Positions 39,101 to 49,348 of a stretch of 64,000 nt of DNA are shown here, piece by piece (positions within the stretch are counted from its first letter, which is position 1; each line of letters opens with the position of its first letter). The translations under genes were made by a program, and so were the position numbers. This DNA comes from an uncultured Gemmatimonadales bacterium (lineage in GTDB: Bacteria > Gemmatimonadota > Gemmatimonadetes > Longimicrobiales > RSA9), in assembly GCA_963741945.1 (NCBI GenBank), contig CAVUKA010000003.1, forward strand, positions 691,998-755,997, given 5' to 3'. The notes under the pieces were generated by a model. The model made no database searches, was not told the origin of the DNA, and worked only from the letters and a program-made list of their open reading frames with translations.

Positions 39101-40836
39101 CTCTCCCCTTCCGGCCGGCGAACCACCCCGCGTCTCGCGCGGCCATCCACCCGGATCCGCAACGGCTGCTCGAGCCGTACATGTCGCACGTGTTCCATCT
39201 CCCTCAACGCCGGCTGCCGGTCCAGCCAGTCCCAATCGATGCCGGCACCGAGACCGTGCCGGACGGTGAAGTAGAGTACTCCGAAGCTGGACAGATTATG
39301 GAAGAAGTGCGACCCCTGGCTCGGCTCCACATCCATGTGCGGGAGCGTCGCTTCCACAAGCGCCCGCGCAGAGGCCACGTGGCTCCACTGTACCGGGATT
39401 CCCAGCCACGGATCCGAGCTGCCCCACCGGCCGAAGCCGATCAGCATGCACTCTCGTCCCTCCTCCAGCAGGGAAGCGTTCACCTCGGCCACTTCCCTGG
39501 CGATCGCCGGCGTCCGCTTCGCCTCGAACCGGTCGGGGCGCACGTACACCACATCCCGAACATCGTCCCACTCGCCGTTCCCCATGGCCGCCCGGGACGC
39601 CAGGAGCACGTCCGCACCCTCCAGCTCTTCCGTATTCACGTCCACCGCCTCCCCCGGCGCCACCATCCCACGGAGCTGCACCAGCCCCATCCGCATCTCG
39701 GGCGAAGCCGCGGTGGGGAGCGTCGCCGCCAGCTCGATCTCCACGGGGCCGCCCAGCGCCTGCGACGACACGTCCAGCAGCCTCCGGACCACGTCATTGA
39801 GCGGGTGCTGCCGAAGCTCCAGGAGCGGCGCGAAGTTCAGCACCCGGGGGCCATCCATGCCGGTCCCCGGCCGGAGGCGGTCGGCGGATGCGTCGTACGT
39901 GGAAGCCAGATAGCGCAGCGCGCCATCCGCCTCGGCGTCGGCCAGGGAGCCCTCCACCAGGTACTCCTTCTCCTCCACCGGGTCGTACGCCGGCGGCCGA
40001 CCCATGTTCACGGCCCAGAACCGCGTCTGTGTCTCGGCCAGGACCCGCCGGGTCGACGCGAACGGAGCGGGCGCCCGCGGATGCGCGGGCGAGTAGGTCC
40101 AGACCACACCGCCATCCACGATGGTCTTGCCCAACCCGAGAGCCAGGTCCACCACCCCATCCTCCGGCTTCGCTTTCCCGATCGGGTAGTAGCTGTAGGA
40201 GCGGGCCACGGCGGAGAGGTGTGGATAGAAGCGGGGGCCGTGCCGGGCGCCCACGATCTCCTGGATCATGACCGCCATCGACTCGTCGGAGTCTTCCACG
40301 CCGATGACCCTTCGGTACGTCCGCGCGGCCGAGAAGTGGGTGGAGGCATAGACGAACTTCACCGCCTCCAGGAGGCGCGCGAACCGGGCGCGCGGGTCGA
40401 GCTCGAGGTTCGGGATCATCTTGGTCTCGTAGATCCCGGCGAACGGGCGGCCGAGCGCGTCCTCGAGGCGGCTGGAGGAGCGGATGGCCAGGGGCCGCGT
40501 CGCTTCCTCCGCCACGGCGACGAGGTCGCCCACCACCTCACTCGGCAGGTCGGCCGACTGGAAGGCGTGCGCGATCCGTCGATCGGAGAGCCCGGCCAGG
40601 TCGGCCGGATCGAGGCCGTTCCGCCTCATGAACGCATCGAATACGTCCGTGGCGAGCACGACCAGGCGAGGGATGGTGACCACCACCCCACGGAATGCGT
40701 CCCTCAGCTCCGCCGCGCCCGCGTCGTGCGCGCGCAGCAGTCCTTCCGCCTTTCCACCCAGACCGCCGCCTCCGATCCGGGAAAAGACGTCCCCGGATCG
40801 GAAGAAGCGGCGATCGAACCTGGGGACTGGCCCCAT
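39097..40836 (-). CDS. PEP-synthase/PPDK-type ATP-grasp plus phospho-His domain protein (no PEP-binding barrel)
   Basis: GGKAEGL, IRSSSRLED, FAGIYET, IQEIVG, GLGKTIVDG, EIELA, GRWGS, SQGSHFF. ATGA-coupled to the next gene. Confidence 0.88.
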   Translation of the reverse strand: MGPVPRFDRRFFRSGDVFSRIGGGGLGGKAEGLLRAHDAGAAELRDAFRGVVVTIPRLVVLATDVFDAFMRRNGLDPADLAGLSDRRIAHAFQSADLPSEVVGDLVAVAEEATRPLAIRSSSRLEDALGRPFAGIYETKMIPNLELDPRARFARLLEAVKFVYASTHFSAARTYRRVIGVEDSDESMAVMIQEIVGARHGPRFYPHLSAVARSYSYYPIGKAKPEDGVVDLALGLGKTIVDGGVVWTYSPAHPRAPAPFASTRRVLAETQTRFWAVNMGRPPAYDPVEEKEYLVEGSLADAEADGALRYLASTYDASADRLRPGTGMDGPRVLNFAPLLELRQHPLNDVVRRLLDVSSQALGGPVEIELAATLPTAASPEMRMGLVQLRGMVAPGEAVDVNTEELEGADVLLASRAAMGNGEWDDVRDVVYVRPDRFEAKRTPAIAREVAEVNASLLEEGRECMLIGFGRWGSSDPWLGIPVQWSHVASARALVEATLPHMDVEPSQGSHFFHNLSSFGVLYFTVRHGLGAGIDWDWLDRQPALREMEHVRHVRLEQPLRIRVDGRARRGVVRRPEGER

Positions 40837-40860
40837 GGTCTCTTTCGCGCGGTGCCTGGG

Positions 40861-42153
40861 CTAGACCCAGCCGCGATCCCGGCAGGCCTGGGCCACCCGG
40901 TCCACTGCAATGACGTACGCGGCGTCGCGCGTGAACAGGTTCTGCTGCTTCGCCACTTCGCTCACGGCGACGAACGCGGAGGTCATCTTCACGTCCAGCT
41001 TGCCCAGGACCTCGTCGCGCTCCCAGAAGTAGTTCATGTTGCTCTGCACCTGCTCGAAATAGCTGGTGGTCACGCCGCCGGCATTGGCGAGCAGGTCCGG
41101 GACCAGGAACACCCCGCGCTGGTGCAACACCCGGTCCGCCTCCGGGCTGGTGGGCCCGTTGGCACCCTCGGCGATGATCTTCACCCTCGCCGGAATCCGG
41201 TCCACGTTCTCCGCGTTGATCTGGTTCTCCAGCGCGGCGGGGATCAGGATGTCCACGTCCTGAGCGAGCCAGTCGTCGCCATCCAGGATCTCGTAGCCCA
41301 GCTCTTTCGCCCGCGTCTTGTCGATCCCGCCAAAGCGGTCCGCGATCCCCTGGAGCTCCGCCAGGTCCACACCGCCGGCCCGGCTGAACGCGTAGCTCAC
41401 CTGGTCCGCCTGGTCCCACGAGCTGACGCAGACCACCTTCCCGCCCAGCTGCGTGTACAGCTCGATGGCGTACTGCGCCACGTTGCCGAAGCCCTGCACG
41501 CTCGCCACGGTGCCGCTCGCCTCCATGCCCAGTTCGCGCAGCGCTTCCCGGATCGTGAAGACGACGCCGTACCCCGTCGCCTCCTTCCGCCCCAGGCTGC
41601 CACCGAGCCCCACCGGCTTCCCGGTGATGAATCCCGGCAGGCGCTGCCCGTAAATGGTCTCGAATTCATCGAGCATCCACAGCATGTGCTGCGGCGTGGT
41701 CATGACGTCCGGCGCCGGCACGTCCCGGGTCGGGCCCACGTCTCGCGCGATCTGGCGTACCCAACCGCGCGAGATCTGCTCCTGCTCCCGCAGGCTAAGG
41801 TCGTGCGGATCGCAGATCACGCCGCCCTTGCCACCGCCGAGCGGGATATCCACCACGGCGCACTTCCATGTCATCCACATGCCCAGCGCGCGCACGGTGT
41901 CCAGGCTCTCCTGCGGGTGGAAGCGAATGCCACCCTTGCTCGGACCGCGCGCGTCGTTGTGCTGCACCCGGAAGCCGCGGAACACCCGCACGCTGCCATC
42001 ATCCATCCGAACGGGGATCGCGAAGCTGTATTCCCGCATCGGCCACCGAAGCAGATCGCGCGTGCTCGCCTCCAGCTCCAGCAGGTCCGCGATGCGATCG
42101 AACTGCGCCTGAGCCATCTCGAACGAGTTGTAGGCTCGAGTGCTCTTCTTCAT
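40861..42153 (-). CDS. gdhA: Glu/Leu/Phe/Val dehydrogenase (glutamate dehydrogenase)
   Basis: RGPSKGGIRFHP, MTWKC, GGGKGG, DVPAPDV, TGKP, QGFGNV, EGANGP, ANAGGV. Confidence 0.95.
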   Translation of the reverse strand: MKKSTRAYNSFEMAQAQFDRIADLLELEASTRDLLRWPMREYSFAIPVRMDDGSVRVFRGFRVQHNDARGPSKGGIRFHPQESLDTVRALGMWMTWKCAVVDIPLGGGKGGVICDPHDLSLREQEQISRGWVRQIARDVGPTRDVPAPDVMTTPQHMLWMLDEFETIYGQRLPGFITGKPVGLGGSLGRKEATGYGVVFTIREALRELGMEASGTVASVQGFGNVAQYAIELYTQLGGKVVCVSSWDQADQVSYAFSRAGGVDLAELQGIADRFGGIDKTRAKELGYEILDGDDWLAQDVDILIPAALENQINAENVDRIPARVKIIAEGANGPTSPEADRVLHQRGVFLVPDLLANAGGVTTSYFEQVQSNMNYFWERDEVLGKLDVKMTSAFVAVSEVAKQQNLFTRDAAYVIAVDRVAQACRDRGWV

Positions 42154-42345
42154 ATTATCGGACTTTCGACGTGATCATGGTTGCGATTGCCTGCCCCACC
42201 CCCCACCCCAGCCCGCACCAAGATAGCCCGGCCGGCCGGGGCCGTATAGTAGGGAAAAGCGCGCAACGCGTGTAGGGCGGGAACAGAGGGAAACCAGGGT
42301 CGGGCGGGAACGGTGGGGTCGGTCCTGTCCCGGGCCCCCGCATCG

Positions 42346-42354
42346 TGCTAGCAT
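42346..42354 (+). promoter_or_regulatory. Extended -10 promoter candidate for yhbY
   Basis: TG-C-TAGCAT about 40 nt upstream of the gene start. Confidence 0.4.
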
Positions 42355-42396
42355 CCCGGCGGGAATCCGCGTTTCAAACGCTCTCCGGAGGCTCTC

Positions 42397-42699
42397 ATCG
42401 ACACGCTCACTTCCAAACAGCGCGGCCACCTCCGTACACTGGCGCACCACCTGAAGCCGCTGCTCCAGATCGGCACCGACGGGGTCACTGACGCGGTGGC
42501 CGACGCCATCCGCGACGCGCTCAACACGCGGGAGCTGCTCAAGGTCAAAGTGCTCGACGGCGCGCCCGTGGATGCGCGCGAGGCGGCAGACGAGCTGATG
42601 CGGAAGATCGATGGGGCGCACGTGCCCCAGGTGATCGGCCGCACGGTGGTGCTGTACCGCCAGCACCCGGAATCGCCGCAGATCCGCCTTCCCGACTGA
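42397..42699 (+). CDS. yhbY: YhbY/CRM-domain ribosome-assembly RNA-binding protein; apparent ATC start
   Basis: (I)DTLTSKQRGHLRTLAHHLKPLLQIG...ELLKVKVL...QVIGRTVVLYR. GGAGG 5 nt before ATC; in-frame TAG at 42349. Confidence 0.9.
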   Translation: MDTLTSKQRGHLRTLAHHLKPLLQIGTDGVTDAVADAIRDALNTRELLKVKVLDGAPVDAREAADELMRKIDGAHVPQVIGRTVVLYRQHPESPQIRLPD

Positions 42700-42832
42700 G
42701 GCGCCGGATGCGCGGCACGGCCGCCGCGTCGCTGAACGGGCACGAGTCCTGCCCCGGCCGTGACGTCGATAGCCAGGCCGCGTCCGCAGTGCGAGGGATG
42801 ACGGCCCGACCTCGTCCTGCGATCCCGAGCCG

Positions 42833-45541
42833 ATGACAGGCAAACCGATCCTCCATACAACCGGGGCGCTCACGGGCACCCTCGTCCTCACCGCTGCTCT
42901 CGCGGCGGGCGCGGCCGCACAGGGCCGCGTGGTGCCGCCCCCGCCGCCCGGCCGCGATACCGTGGTCGCGGCGCCGGGCCCACGCTACGCGGCGGGGGAG
43001 CTCAGGCGCTTCCTGCTGGGCGACGAGTGGCGAGACCTCTGGCAGGTCCCGCTGACGCTCCCTGTCCTGGACATCGAGACGTTCGCCGGCGGGCTGGAGC
43101 CGGACGAGGAGGGTGGCGGCAACCAGTCCATCACGCTCCACCTGCGCGACGCGCGCGGCCGCGACTGGATCTTCCGCTCCCTCGACAAGTACCCCGGCAA
43201 GAAGCTGGAGGAGGGCGGGCTGCTGGCCTGGATCGCCGCGGACCAGGTGAGCGCACTGCATCCGGCGGGCCAGCTCGTCGTCCCCACGCTGCTCGACGCC
43301 CTCGGGATCCTGCACGTCACGCCCACGCTCTACGTGATGCCGGACGACCCCGCGCTGGGGAAGTTCAGGAGCCAGTTCGCCGGGATGATCGGGGCGCTGG
43401 AGCTCATCCCCAACGAGGGGGCGGATGACTCGCCCGGCTTCGCGGGATCGAAGAAGATCGTGAAGACGGAGACGCTGTTCGATCATCTGGGGGAGACCCC
43501 GCTCAACCGCGTCGACCAGCGCGAGCTGTTCCGGGCGAGGCTGCTCGATTTCATCATCGGGGACACGGATCGCGGCCTGGACCAGTGGCGCTGGGCCAGG
43601 TTCCCGGACCCGCAGCGGGCGGACGGACGCATCTGGCGCCCGATCCCCCGCGACCGGGACTGGGCCTTCGTCTCGGGCGACGGGGTGGCCGGCGCGGGAA
43701 TCGGCCTGTTCTACCCGAAGCACACCGCCTACCGCGCAAGGTATGCGGATCTCCAGGCATACACCTTCACGTCCCACATCCTGGACCGCCGGCTTCTCAC
43801 GTCCATCGATCGCGCGGACGCGGAAGCGGAGATCCAGCGCGTCCGGAGCGCGCTGACGGACTCGGTGATCCGCGCCGCCGTCGGCCATCTACCCCGCCGC
43901 TATCCCGAGTCGCACCGGCAGCGCCTCACGCGGCTGATCGAGAGCCGGCGCGACCGGCTCCCGGGGATCGGGAACGCCTACTACCAGTGGCTGGCCAGCG
44001 CCGTGGACATCCGCGCCACCCAGCAGCCGGACTACGCGCGGGCCGAGCGCCGCGCCGACGGCAGCGTGGATGTCGCTCTCTTCCTCCTCGCCGGAGCCGA
44101 GGACGCCGGTCGCGCCGCCGAGCCGTACTACCGCCGCACCTTCCGGCCATCCGAGACCCACGAGATTCGGATCCACCTCCGAGACGGCGATGACCGCGCC
44201 CTGGTCCGTGGTGCGTCCAACGACGAGATCGCCATCCGCGTCATCGGCGACGCGGGCGACGACGTCCTCGTCGACTCCACCAGCGGCGCCAACGTCCATT
44301 TCTACGACGCCCGCGGGGAAAACCGGTTCATCACGGCGGCCGGGACTTCCGTCAGCACGCGCGCGTGGAACCCACCACCGATCCCGGAAGGCGTTCGCCT
44401 GGGGAGCGACTGGTCCCCCGACTTCGGACAGACGCTCGGCTGGCGACCGGCCGCGGAATACGGCGAGCACGCGGGCGTCGTCGTCGGCTTCGGACCCCGG
44501 TGGACCGGGTACGGCTTCCGTCGCCTGCCGCACGAGTGGCAGGTCGGGGGCACCGCCCTCTTCGCCCTCGGCGCGCTGCGCCCCGGCGCCAGCGCCTTCG
44601 TGGACTGGCGGCCGGAGAACTCCCTCCATTCGCTGCACGCGGACGCCCGATGGAGCACGTTCGACGCGATCCGCTGGTACGGACCCGGGAACAGCTCTCC
44701 GCGCATCGATGACGACCTCTCGCTCGTCCCGCTACGCCGCGCTTCCATCCGCCCCGATCTCATCCTCCGCTTCGGCACCTGGCGCGCCGAGACCAGCCCC
44801 GACTCCCTCGTCATCAACGAGGCCGCGATCAGCGACGAGACACCCTCCGGCTTCCGGACTTCCCTGGCCCTGGGACCGGTGCTCACCTGGACCGATCCCG
44901 CACCACGCACCCCCGCGGACGGCAGCCCCGACGTCATCCCGCCCGGCGCTCCCTCCGACCAGGGACGCGCGCTCGCGGCCGGCACCGTCTTCCAGGCGGG
45001 CGCCGGCGCCCGCTTCGACCTCAGTCAGACCGACCGCGCGGTCGCACCGCGCAGAGGCTATCTCCTCTCCGCTTCCGCCCAGGGGTTCCCCGGCTTCGGC
45101 CGTGGCGATGCCGGCGCCTCCGGCAACGCGGCCGCCGAGATCCGCGCCTACTTCCCGCTCCCCGCCGCCGCCGTGCTCGCCACTCGCATTGGCGCGGCCG
45201 GCGCGTTCGGCGACTTCACCGCCTGGAATGCCGCCACCCTCGGCGGCCGCGCCAACCTGCGTGGCTACCCCTACATGCGGTTCGCCGGTGACGCCGCGGC
45301 CTACGGCAACCTCGAGATCCGCGCCCCCATCGCCTCCGTCCCTCTCATCGTACGAGGAAAACTCGGCCTCCTCGCCCTCGCCGATGCCGGCCGCGTCTGG
45401 TTCCGCGGCCGCTCTCCCGGCGGCTTCCATACCGCCCTCGGCGGCGGCATCTGGTTCGCCGGCGGGGGTGAAGCGGTCTCCCTCTACTACGCCCATGGCG
45501 AGCGCGGCCGCCTCTATCTCTCCTTCGACATGCCCTTCTGA
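42833..45541 (+). CDS. Omp85/BamA-TamA-like outer membrane protein with N-terminal kinase-like region
   Basis: Signal peptide, [37 protein letters not shown]. Barrel motif [18 protein letters not shown], terminal Phe. Confidence 0.8.
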   Translation: MTGKPILHTTGALTGTLVLTAALAAGAAAQGRVVPPPPPGRDTVVAAPGPRYAAGELRRFLLGDEWRDLWQVPLTLPVLDIETFAGGLEPDEEGGGNQSITLHLRDARGRDWIFRSLDKYPGKKLEEGGLLAWIAADQVSALHPAGQLVVPTLLDALGILHVTPTLYVMPDDPALGKFRSQFAGMIGALELIPNEGADDSPGFAGSKKIVKTETLFDHLGETPLNRVDQRELFRARLLDFIIGDTDRGLDQWRWARFPDPQRADGRIWRPIPRDRDWAFVSGDGVAGAGIGLFYPKHTAYRARYADLQAYTFTSHILDRRLLTSIDRADAEAEIQRVRSALTDSVIRAAVGHLPRRYPESHRQRLTRLIESRRDRLPGIGNAYYQWLASAVDIRATQQPDYARAERRADGSVDVALFLLAGAEDAGRAAEPYYRRTFRPSETHEIRIHLRDGDDRALVRGASNDEIAIRVIGDAGDDVLVDSTSGANVHFYDARGENRFITAAGTSVSTRAWNPPPIPEGVRLGSDWSPDFGQTLGWRPAAEYGEHAGVVVGFGPRWTGYGFRRLPHEWQVGGTALFALGALRPGASAFVDWRPENSLHSLHADARWSTFDAIRWYGPGNSSPRIDDDLSLVPLRRASIRPDLILRFGTWRAETSPDSLVINEAAISDETPSGFRTSLALGPVLTWTDPAPRTPADGSPDVIPPGAPSDQGRALAAGTVFQAGAGARFDLSQTDRAVAPRRGYLLSASAQGFPGFGRGDAGASGNAAAEIRAYFPLPAAAVLATRIGAAGAFGDFTAWNAATLGGRANLRGYPYMRFAGDAAAYGNLEIRAPIASVPLIVRGKLGLLALADAGRVWFRGRSPGGFHTALGGGIWFAGGGEAVSLYYAHGERGRLYLSFDMPF

Positions 45542-45695
45542 GCCCGCGTACGCCGCGCGACCCGGGTACTTCTTCGAAGCCGGCAAGGGCCCGGGCCCGC
45601 TTCGACGCCGCGGTCATGGAACCTTTCCGGAGACCAGTGTATTACTGCCCCGTTATACAACGAACGGTTTACCAGTGAGACCCCGGGGGGACACG

Positions 45696-46031
45696 ATGGC
45701 GGAGAACGTGATGGAGCTGGAGGACGCGCAGTTCGCCAGCGAAGTGGAAGAGAGCGATGGCATTACGGTTGTGGATTTCTGGGCGCCGTGGTGCGCGCCC
45801 TGCCGCCTGGTAGCGCCGGTGGTCGAGGCGCTGGCGACGGAGTACGACGGGCGGGTCCGGTTCGTGAAGGTGAACGTGGACGAGAGCCCGTCCGTTGCGT
45901 CGCGCTATGGAATCCGTTCGATTCCGACGATCGGGATCTTCAAGGACGGCGAGGCGGTGAATGGGGTGGTCGGTGCGGTGCCGAAGCAGGTGCTGATCCA
46001 GGCCATCGAAGAGGTGCTGAGCGCGAACTGA
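45696..46031 (+). CDS. trxA: Thioredoxin
   Basis: [31 protein letters not shown]. Confidence 0.95.
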   Translation: MAENVMELEDAQFASEVEESDGITVVDFWAPWCAPCRLVAPVVEALATEYDGRVRFVKVNVDESPSVASRYGIRSIPTIGIFKDGEAVNGVVGAVPKQVLIQAIEEVLSAN

Positions 46032-46062
46032 GCGCCAGTCCGGCGTTTCGCCGATTCGCCCG

Positions 46063-46101
46063 GAGAGGGCGCCCGCTGCGGTGGGTGCCCTCTCTTCGTT
46101 T
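46063..46101 (+). terminator. Intrinsic terminator after trxA
   Basis: GAGAGGGCGCCC-loop-GGGTGCCCTCTC followed by TTCGTTT. Confidence 0.7.
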
Positions 46102-46126
46102 CTGCTCGTGGTGAATGTGAGGGTGC

Positions 46127-47251
46127 GTGGCGGATCCGACGGTGGGCGTGGAAGAGGAGTACCAGCTGGTGGACCCGGCAACCGGGGGCCTGCGCAGCGG
46201 TGCGGTGCATGTTCTTCGCTCGTCGTGGACGGACGACCTGCAGCCGGAGCTGCAGGAGACGATGGTAGAGATCCAGACGCCGCCCTCGACCTCGATGGCG
46301 GAAGTGGCGGAGCACCTGCGCAGGCGGCGGCTCACGGCTTCCGCGAGTGCGGGCGTCGAGGGTTTGGAGATCGTCTCGGCCGGAACGCACCCCTTCAGTG
46401 ACTGGCGGGGCCACGTGGTGGCCGAGGGCGAGCGCGCCGACCTGCTGGTGGCCCGCTTCGGTCGCGTCGCATGGACGGAGCACATCTTCGGGCTGCACGT
46501 CCACGTGGCGCAGCCGGTGGGGCTGGATGCCGCCGTGGTCCTGCGGGAAGCGCGCTGGCTCAGTCCTCTCCTGATCGCGCTGTCGTGCAGCTCGCCGTAC
46601 TACCAGGGACAGGACACGGGGTACGCGTCCTACCGGTCCGTCATCCAGCGTCGCCTCCCGCTCACCGGCCCGCCGCCGGCGACGGAGTCGAAAGCCGCCT
46701 ATGATGCCCTCGTGGACGGTCTCCTGCGCGCGGGCGTGCTCCCGGACACCCACACCGTGTATTGGAACGTCCGGCTGAGCGCCGTGCACCCCACCATCGA
46801 ATTCCGTGGGATGGACGCCTGCCCCCGCGTCGAGGACGCGGTGGCGATCGCGGCACTGGCACGGGGCGCCGTGGCGCACGTGGCGACCGGGGGCACGATA
46901 CGCCCGCCCGGCGGAACGGGCGACCTCGACGACACACTGCTCGGATTGAACGAGTGGCAGGCCGCGCGCTTCGGTCTCGAGGCTCCCCTCGCGCTGCCCG
47001 GCGAGCGCGGCATCCGCGGCGGGTCCATCAGGGAGGAGGCGGACCGCGTCCTGCATCTTCTCCGCCCCTGCCTGGTCCGCCTCGGCGATGGCGATGCAGA
47101 AGCCCTGGTCCACGGAATCCTCGAGCGCGGCACCGCGGCGGACCGGCTCCGCGAGCTGCGCTCCGCTGGCCGCGACATGCGCGGCCTCGTAGACTGGCTG
47201 CGGACGGAAAGCCAGCTCGGTCTGGGCTCCGCATCCGGCGATGCGCCGTGA
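46127..47251 (+). CDS. YbdK-family carboxylate-amine ligase (glutamate--cysteine ligase 2-like)
   Basis: TVGVEEEYQLVD, SAGTHPF, IFGLHVHV, SSPYYQGQDTGYASYR, PTIEFRGMD. Confidence 0.92.
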   Translation: MADPTVGVEEEYQLVDPATGGLRSGAVHVLRSSWTDDLQPELQETMVEIQTPPSTSMAEVAEHLRRRRLTASASAGVEGLEIVSAGTHPFSDWRGHVVAEGERADLLVARFGRVAWTEHIFGLHVHVAQPVGLDAAVVLREARWLSPLLIALSCSSPYYQGQDTGYASYRSVIQRRLPLTGPPPATESKAAYDALVDGLLRAGVLPDTHTVYWNVRLSAVHPTIEFRGMDACPRVEDAVAIAALARGAVAHVATGGTIRPPGGTGDLDDTLLGLNEWQAARFGLEAPLALPGERGIRGGSIREEADRVLHLLRPCLVRLGDGDAEALVHGILERGTAADRLRELRSAGRDMRGLVDWLRTESQLGLGSASGDAP

Positions 47252-47282
47252 ACACGCGCCGAGGCGGCGGGTAAGGCGAGGA

Positions 47283-48380
47283 ATGTCGAGCGAACCGACA
47301 GAGCAGCGCCTGAACGGGGGCGAACGGAAGCGATGGAACTGGCGCAGCCACATCCGTTTCCTGCCACTCCTCTCCCTGGCGCTGGGTATTGGTGTGGCCG
47401 CCGTTGTGGCGGCGCGGGCCGGGGCGAGCGTGGCCGATGTCGCGCGCGCGCTCCCCGCCAACGCACACCTCCTTGCGTTTACCGTGATGGCCGTGGAGCT
47501 GGGAGCGCGCGGCATGCGGTGGGTGCTTCTGGCGCGCGGGGTGGGCGTGCCGCTCCGTTTCCGCACATCGCTGCTGGCGCAGCTCGCCGGCGAAGCAGCG
47601 GGGGCGGTGACACCCTCGCGGATGGGGACGGAGCCCGCGAAGATCGCCATCGTCACGCGGAGCTCCATCACGGTGGCGAGCGCGGGGGCCATCCTGGCGG
47701 GCGAGCTGCTGGCGGAGGCCTCCATGCTCATGGTCACCGTGCTCGCGCTGAGCACGATCGTCCCCGCGGGTGAGCGCCTGCCCGTCCTCGGGGTTCTGGT
47801 GTATGCGACCATGATGGCGTGCGGCGCTCTCAGCGTGGTGGTGCTCGCCCGGGCGCGCCCGAAGCGCACGCCGCCCGGCTGGTGGACGCGGCTGCGTCTG
47901 TCGGAGCGGCAATGGCGGAGGCTGCGCGTCACGTCCCATCACCTGCGCTACCGTGTGAAGCGGCTCCGGCGACTGTCGGGCACGGCCATCGCCAGCGTGC
48001 TCGTCGTGACGGCCATCCACATCGCCGCGCGCCTGTCCGTTCTCCCGGTCATGGCCAGCACCGTGGAGACGCCCACGTCGGTGATCCCGCTGGTGACCTG
48101 GCCCCTCTTCTTCTTCTACGCCGGCACCCTCGTCCCGAGCCCGGGGGGCGGTGGCACCATCGAGCTCGGCTTCGCCCACATGCTGGGCGGGTTCCTCACG
48201 GCTCGATCCATGGCCGGCCTGCTCGTCTGGTGGCGTTTCTACACCTTCTATCTGGGTGCCATGATCGGCGGCATTGCGGTGGCCGTCACCGCGCTGCGGG
48301 GCCGCACCCAGCGCCGCCGGGCTCGCGCGCTGGCCCGCGCGGCCGAGAACGCCGAGGACCCGCCGGCGGAGGCGGCATAG
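47283..48380 (+). CDS. Lysylphosphatidylglycerol-synthase TM / UPF0104 flippase-like protein
   Basis: RGMRW, VTPSRMGTEP, PSPGGGGTIE, WWRFYTFYL. Confidence 0.85.
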   Translation: MSSEPTEQRLNGGERKRWNWRSHIRFLPLLSLALGIGVAAVVAARAGASVADVARALPANAHLLAFTVMAVELGARGMRWVLLARGVGVPLRFRTSLLAQLAGEAAGAVTPSRMGTEPAKIAIVTRSSITVASAGAILAGELLAEASMLMVTVLALSTIVPAGERLPVLGVLVYATMMACGALSVVVLARARPKRTPPGWWTRLRLSERQWRRLRVTSHHLRYRVKRLRRLSGTAIASVLVVTAIHIAARLSVLPVMASTVETPTSVIPLVTWPLFFFYAGTLVPSPGGGGTIELGFAHMLGGFLTARSMAGLLVWWRFYTFYLGAMIGGIAVAVTALRGRTQRRRARALARAAENAEDPPAEAA

Positions 48381-48539
48381 GAGGCGGGCCCGCCTCCCCC
48401 CCGGCGCGGGCCGGGAGGGAAGACCGGCTCCGCTCTTGATCGGCGGCCCGGCCGGGCCGACTTTCCGATCGGCGGACGCGGGTATCCGGATTCCGGGTAC
48501 CGTGTCCGCGACGATCCAGGCCACGAACATGGAGTCCAT

Positions 48540-49202
48540 ATGCGCAGCCGAACGCTCATCCTGTTGACCGCCACGGCCCTGGCCGTGTCCGGCTGCCGGC
48601 CCACGCACGAGGCCGAGGCCGCCGAGACCCGGACCAGTCCCGCGGCGGGCGCCACCCAGGACGCGGCCGCCCCCGGGCACCGCCTCGGCCAGACGGACGC
48701 CCCCATTGTCGTGGTCGAGTTCAGCGACTTCGGCTGCCCGTACTGCGCCCGCTTCGCGCGCACCACGTTCCCCGAGCTGCGCGACGACGTGGTGAAGCGC
48801 GGCGTGGTCCGCTGGCGCTACGTCCCCGTGACCTTCGGCTTCCCGGGCGGGCGCCTCATGGCGTCCGCGGCGGAATGCGCCGCGGACCAGGGCGGCGATG
48901 AAGCGTTCTGGCGCATGCACGACATGCTGTACCGGAACCAGACGGCGTTCCGGGCGGACGACGCCCGCGATCGGCTCCTGGCGAACGTGGACTCCCTGGG
49001 ACTGGACCGCGCGCGCATGGAGACCTGCATGCAGTCGCCGAGCATCGCCGGTCGGCTCCAGGCCAACAACCTGGCGGCGCAGGAGTGGATGGTCCGGGGC
49101 ACGCCCACGTTCGTGATCAACGGTGTGCCCACCAGCGGGGCCATGCCGACCCCGTTCTTCCACAAGATGTTCAGCACGCTCCTGGATCCGGCGTCTCTGT
49201 AA
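48540..49202 (+). CDS. DsbA-family thioredoxin-fold lipoprotein
   Basis: Lipobox VSGC, EFSDFGCPYC, VRGTPTFVING. Confidence 0.9.
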   Translation: MRSRTLILLTATALAVSGCRPTHEAEAAETRTSPAAGATQDAAAPGHRLGQTDAPIVVVEFSDFGCPYCARFARTTFPELRDDVVKRGVVRWRYVPVTFGFPGGRLMASAAECAADQGGDEAFWRMHDMLYRNQTAFRADDARDRLLANVDSLGLDRARMETCMQSPSIAGRLQANNLAAQEWMVRGTPTFVINGVPTSGAMPTPFFHKMFSTLLDPASL

Positions 49203-49348
49203 CCCGGGTCCGAAGGCGCGGAGAACTGCAACACCGTCTCACGCGAAGACGGGGCTCTTCCCCGCGCGCCATCCCCGCCCTACCTTGCCGTCGCCCCGCC
49301 CCCGCGCCTGCTCTCCTGAACCCGATGAGCGGCAGGAGGAGAACCGAC

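Noticed and set aside
34466-39235. 1589-aa ORF apparently fusing a sensor domain to a LysM transglycosylase
   Set aside because: Artefact of the frameshift at about 38270. The middle is off-frame Gly/Arg/Pro-rich text over the dikinase gene, and the transglycosylase has its own start and lipobox at 36175.
44070-46031. 653-aa ORF ending in thioredoxin
   Set aside because: The upstream part is an off-frame shadow of the Omp85 gene; real trxA starts at 45696.
44700-46400. Abrupt switch from C-rich to G-rich plus strand
   Set aside because: Explained by gene-specific synonymous codon preference (C-ending in the Omp85 barrel, G-ending in trxA/ybdK); no mobile-element boundary seen.
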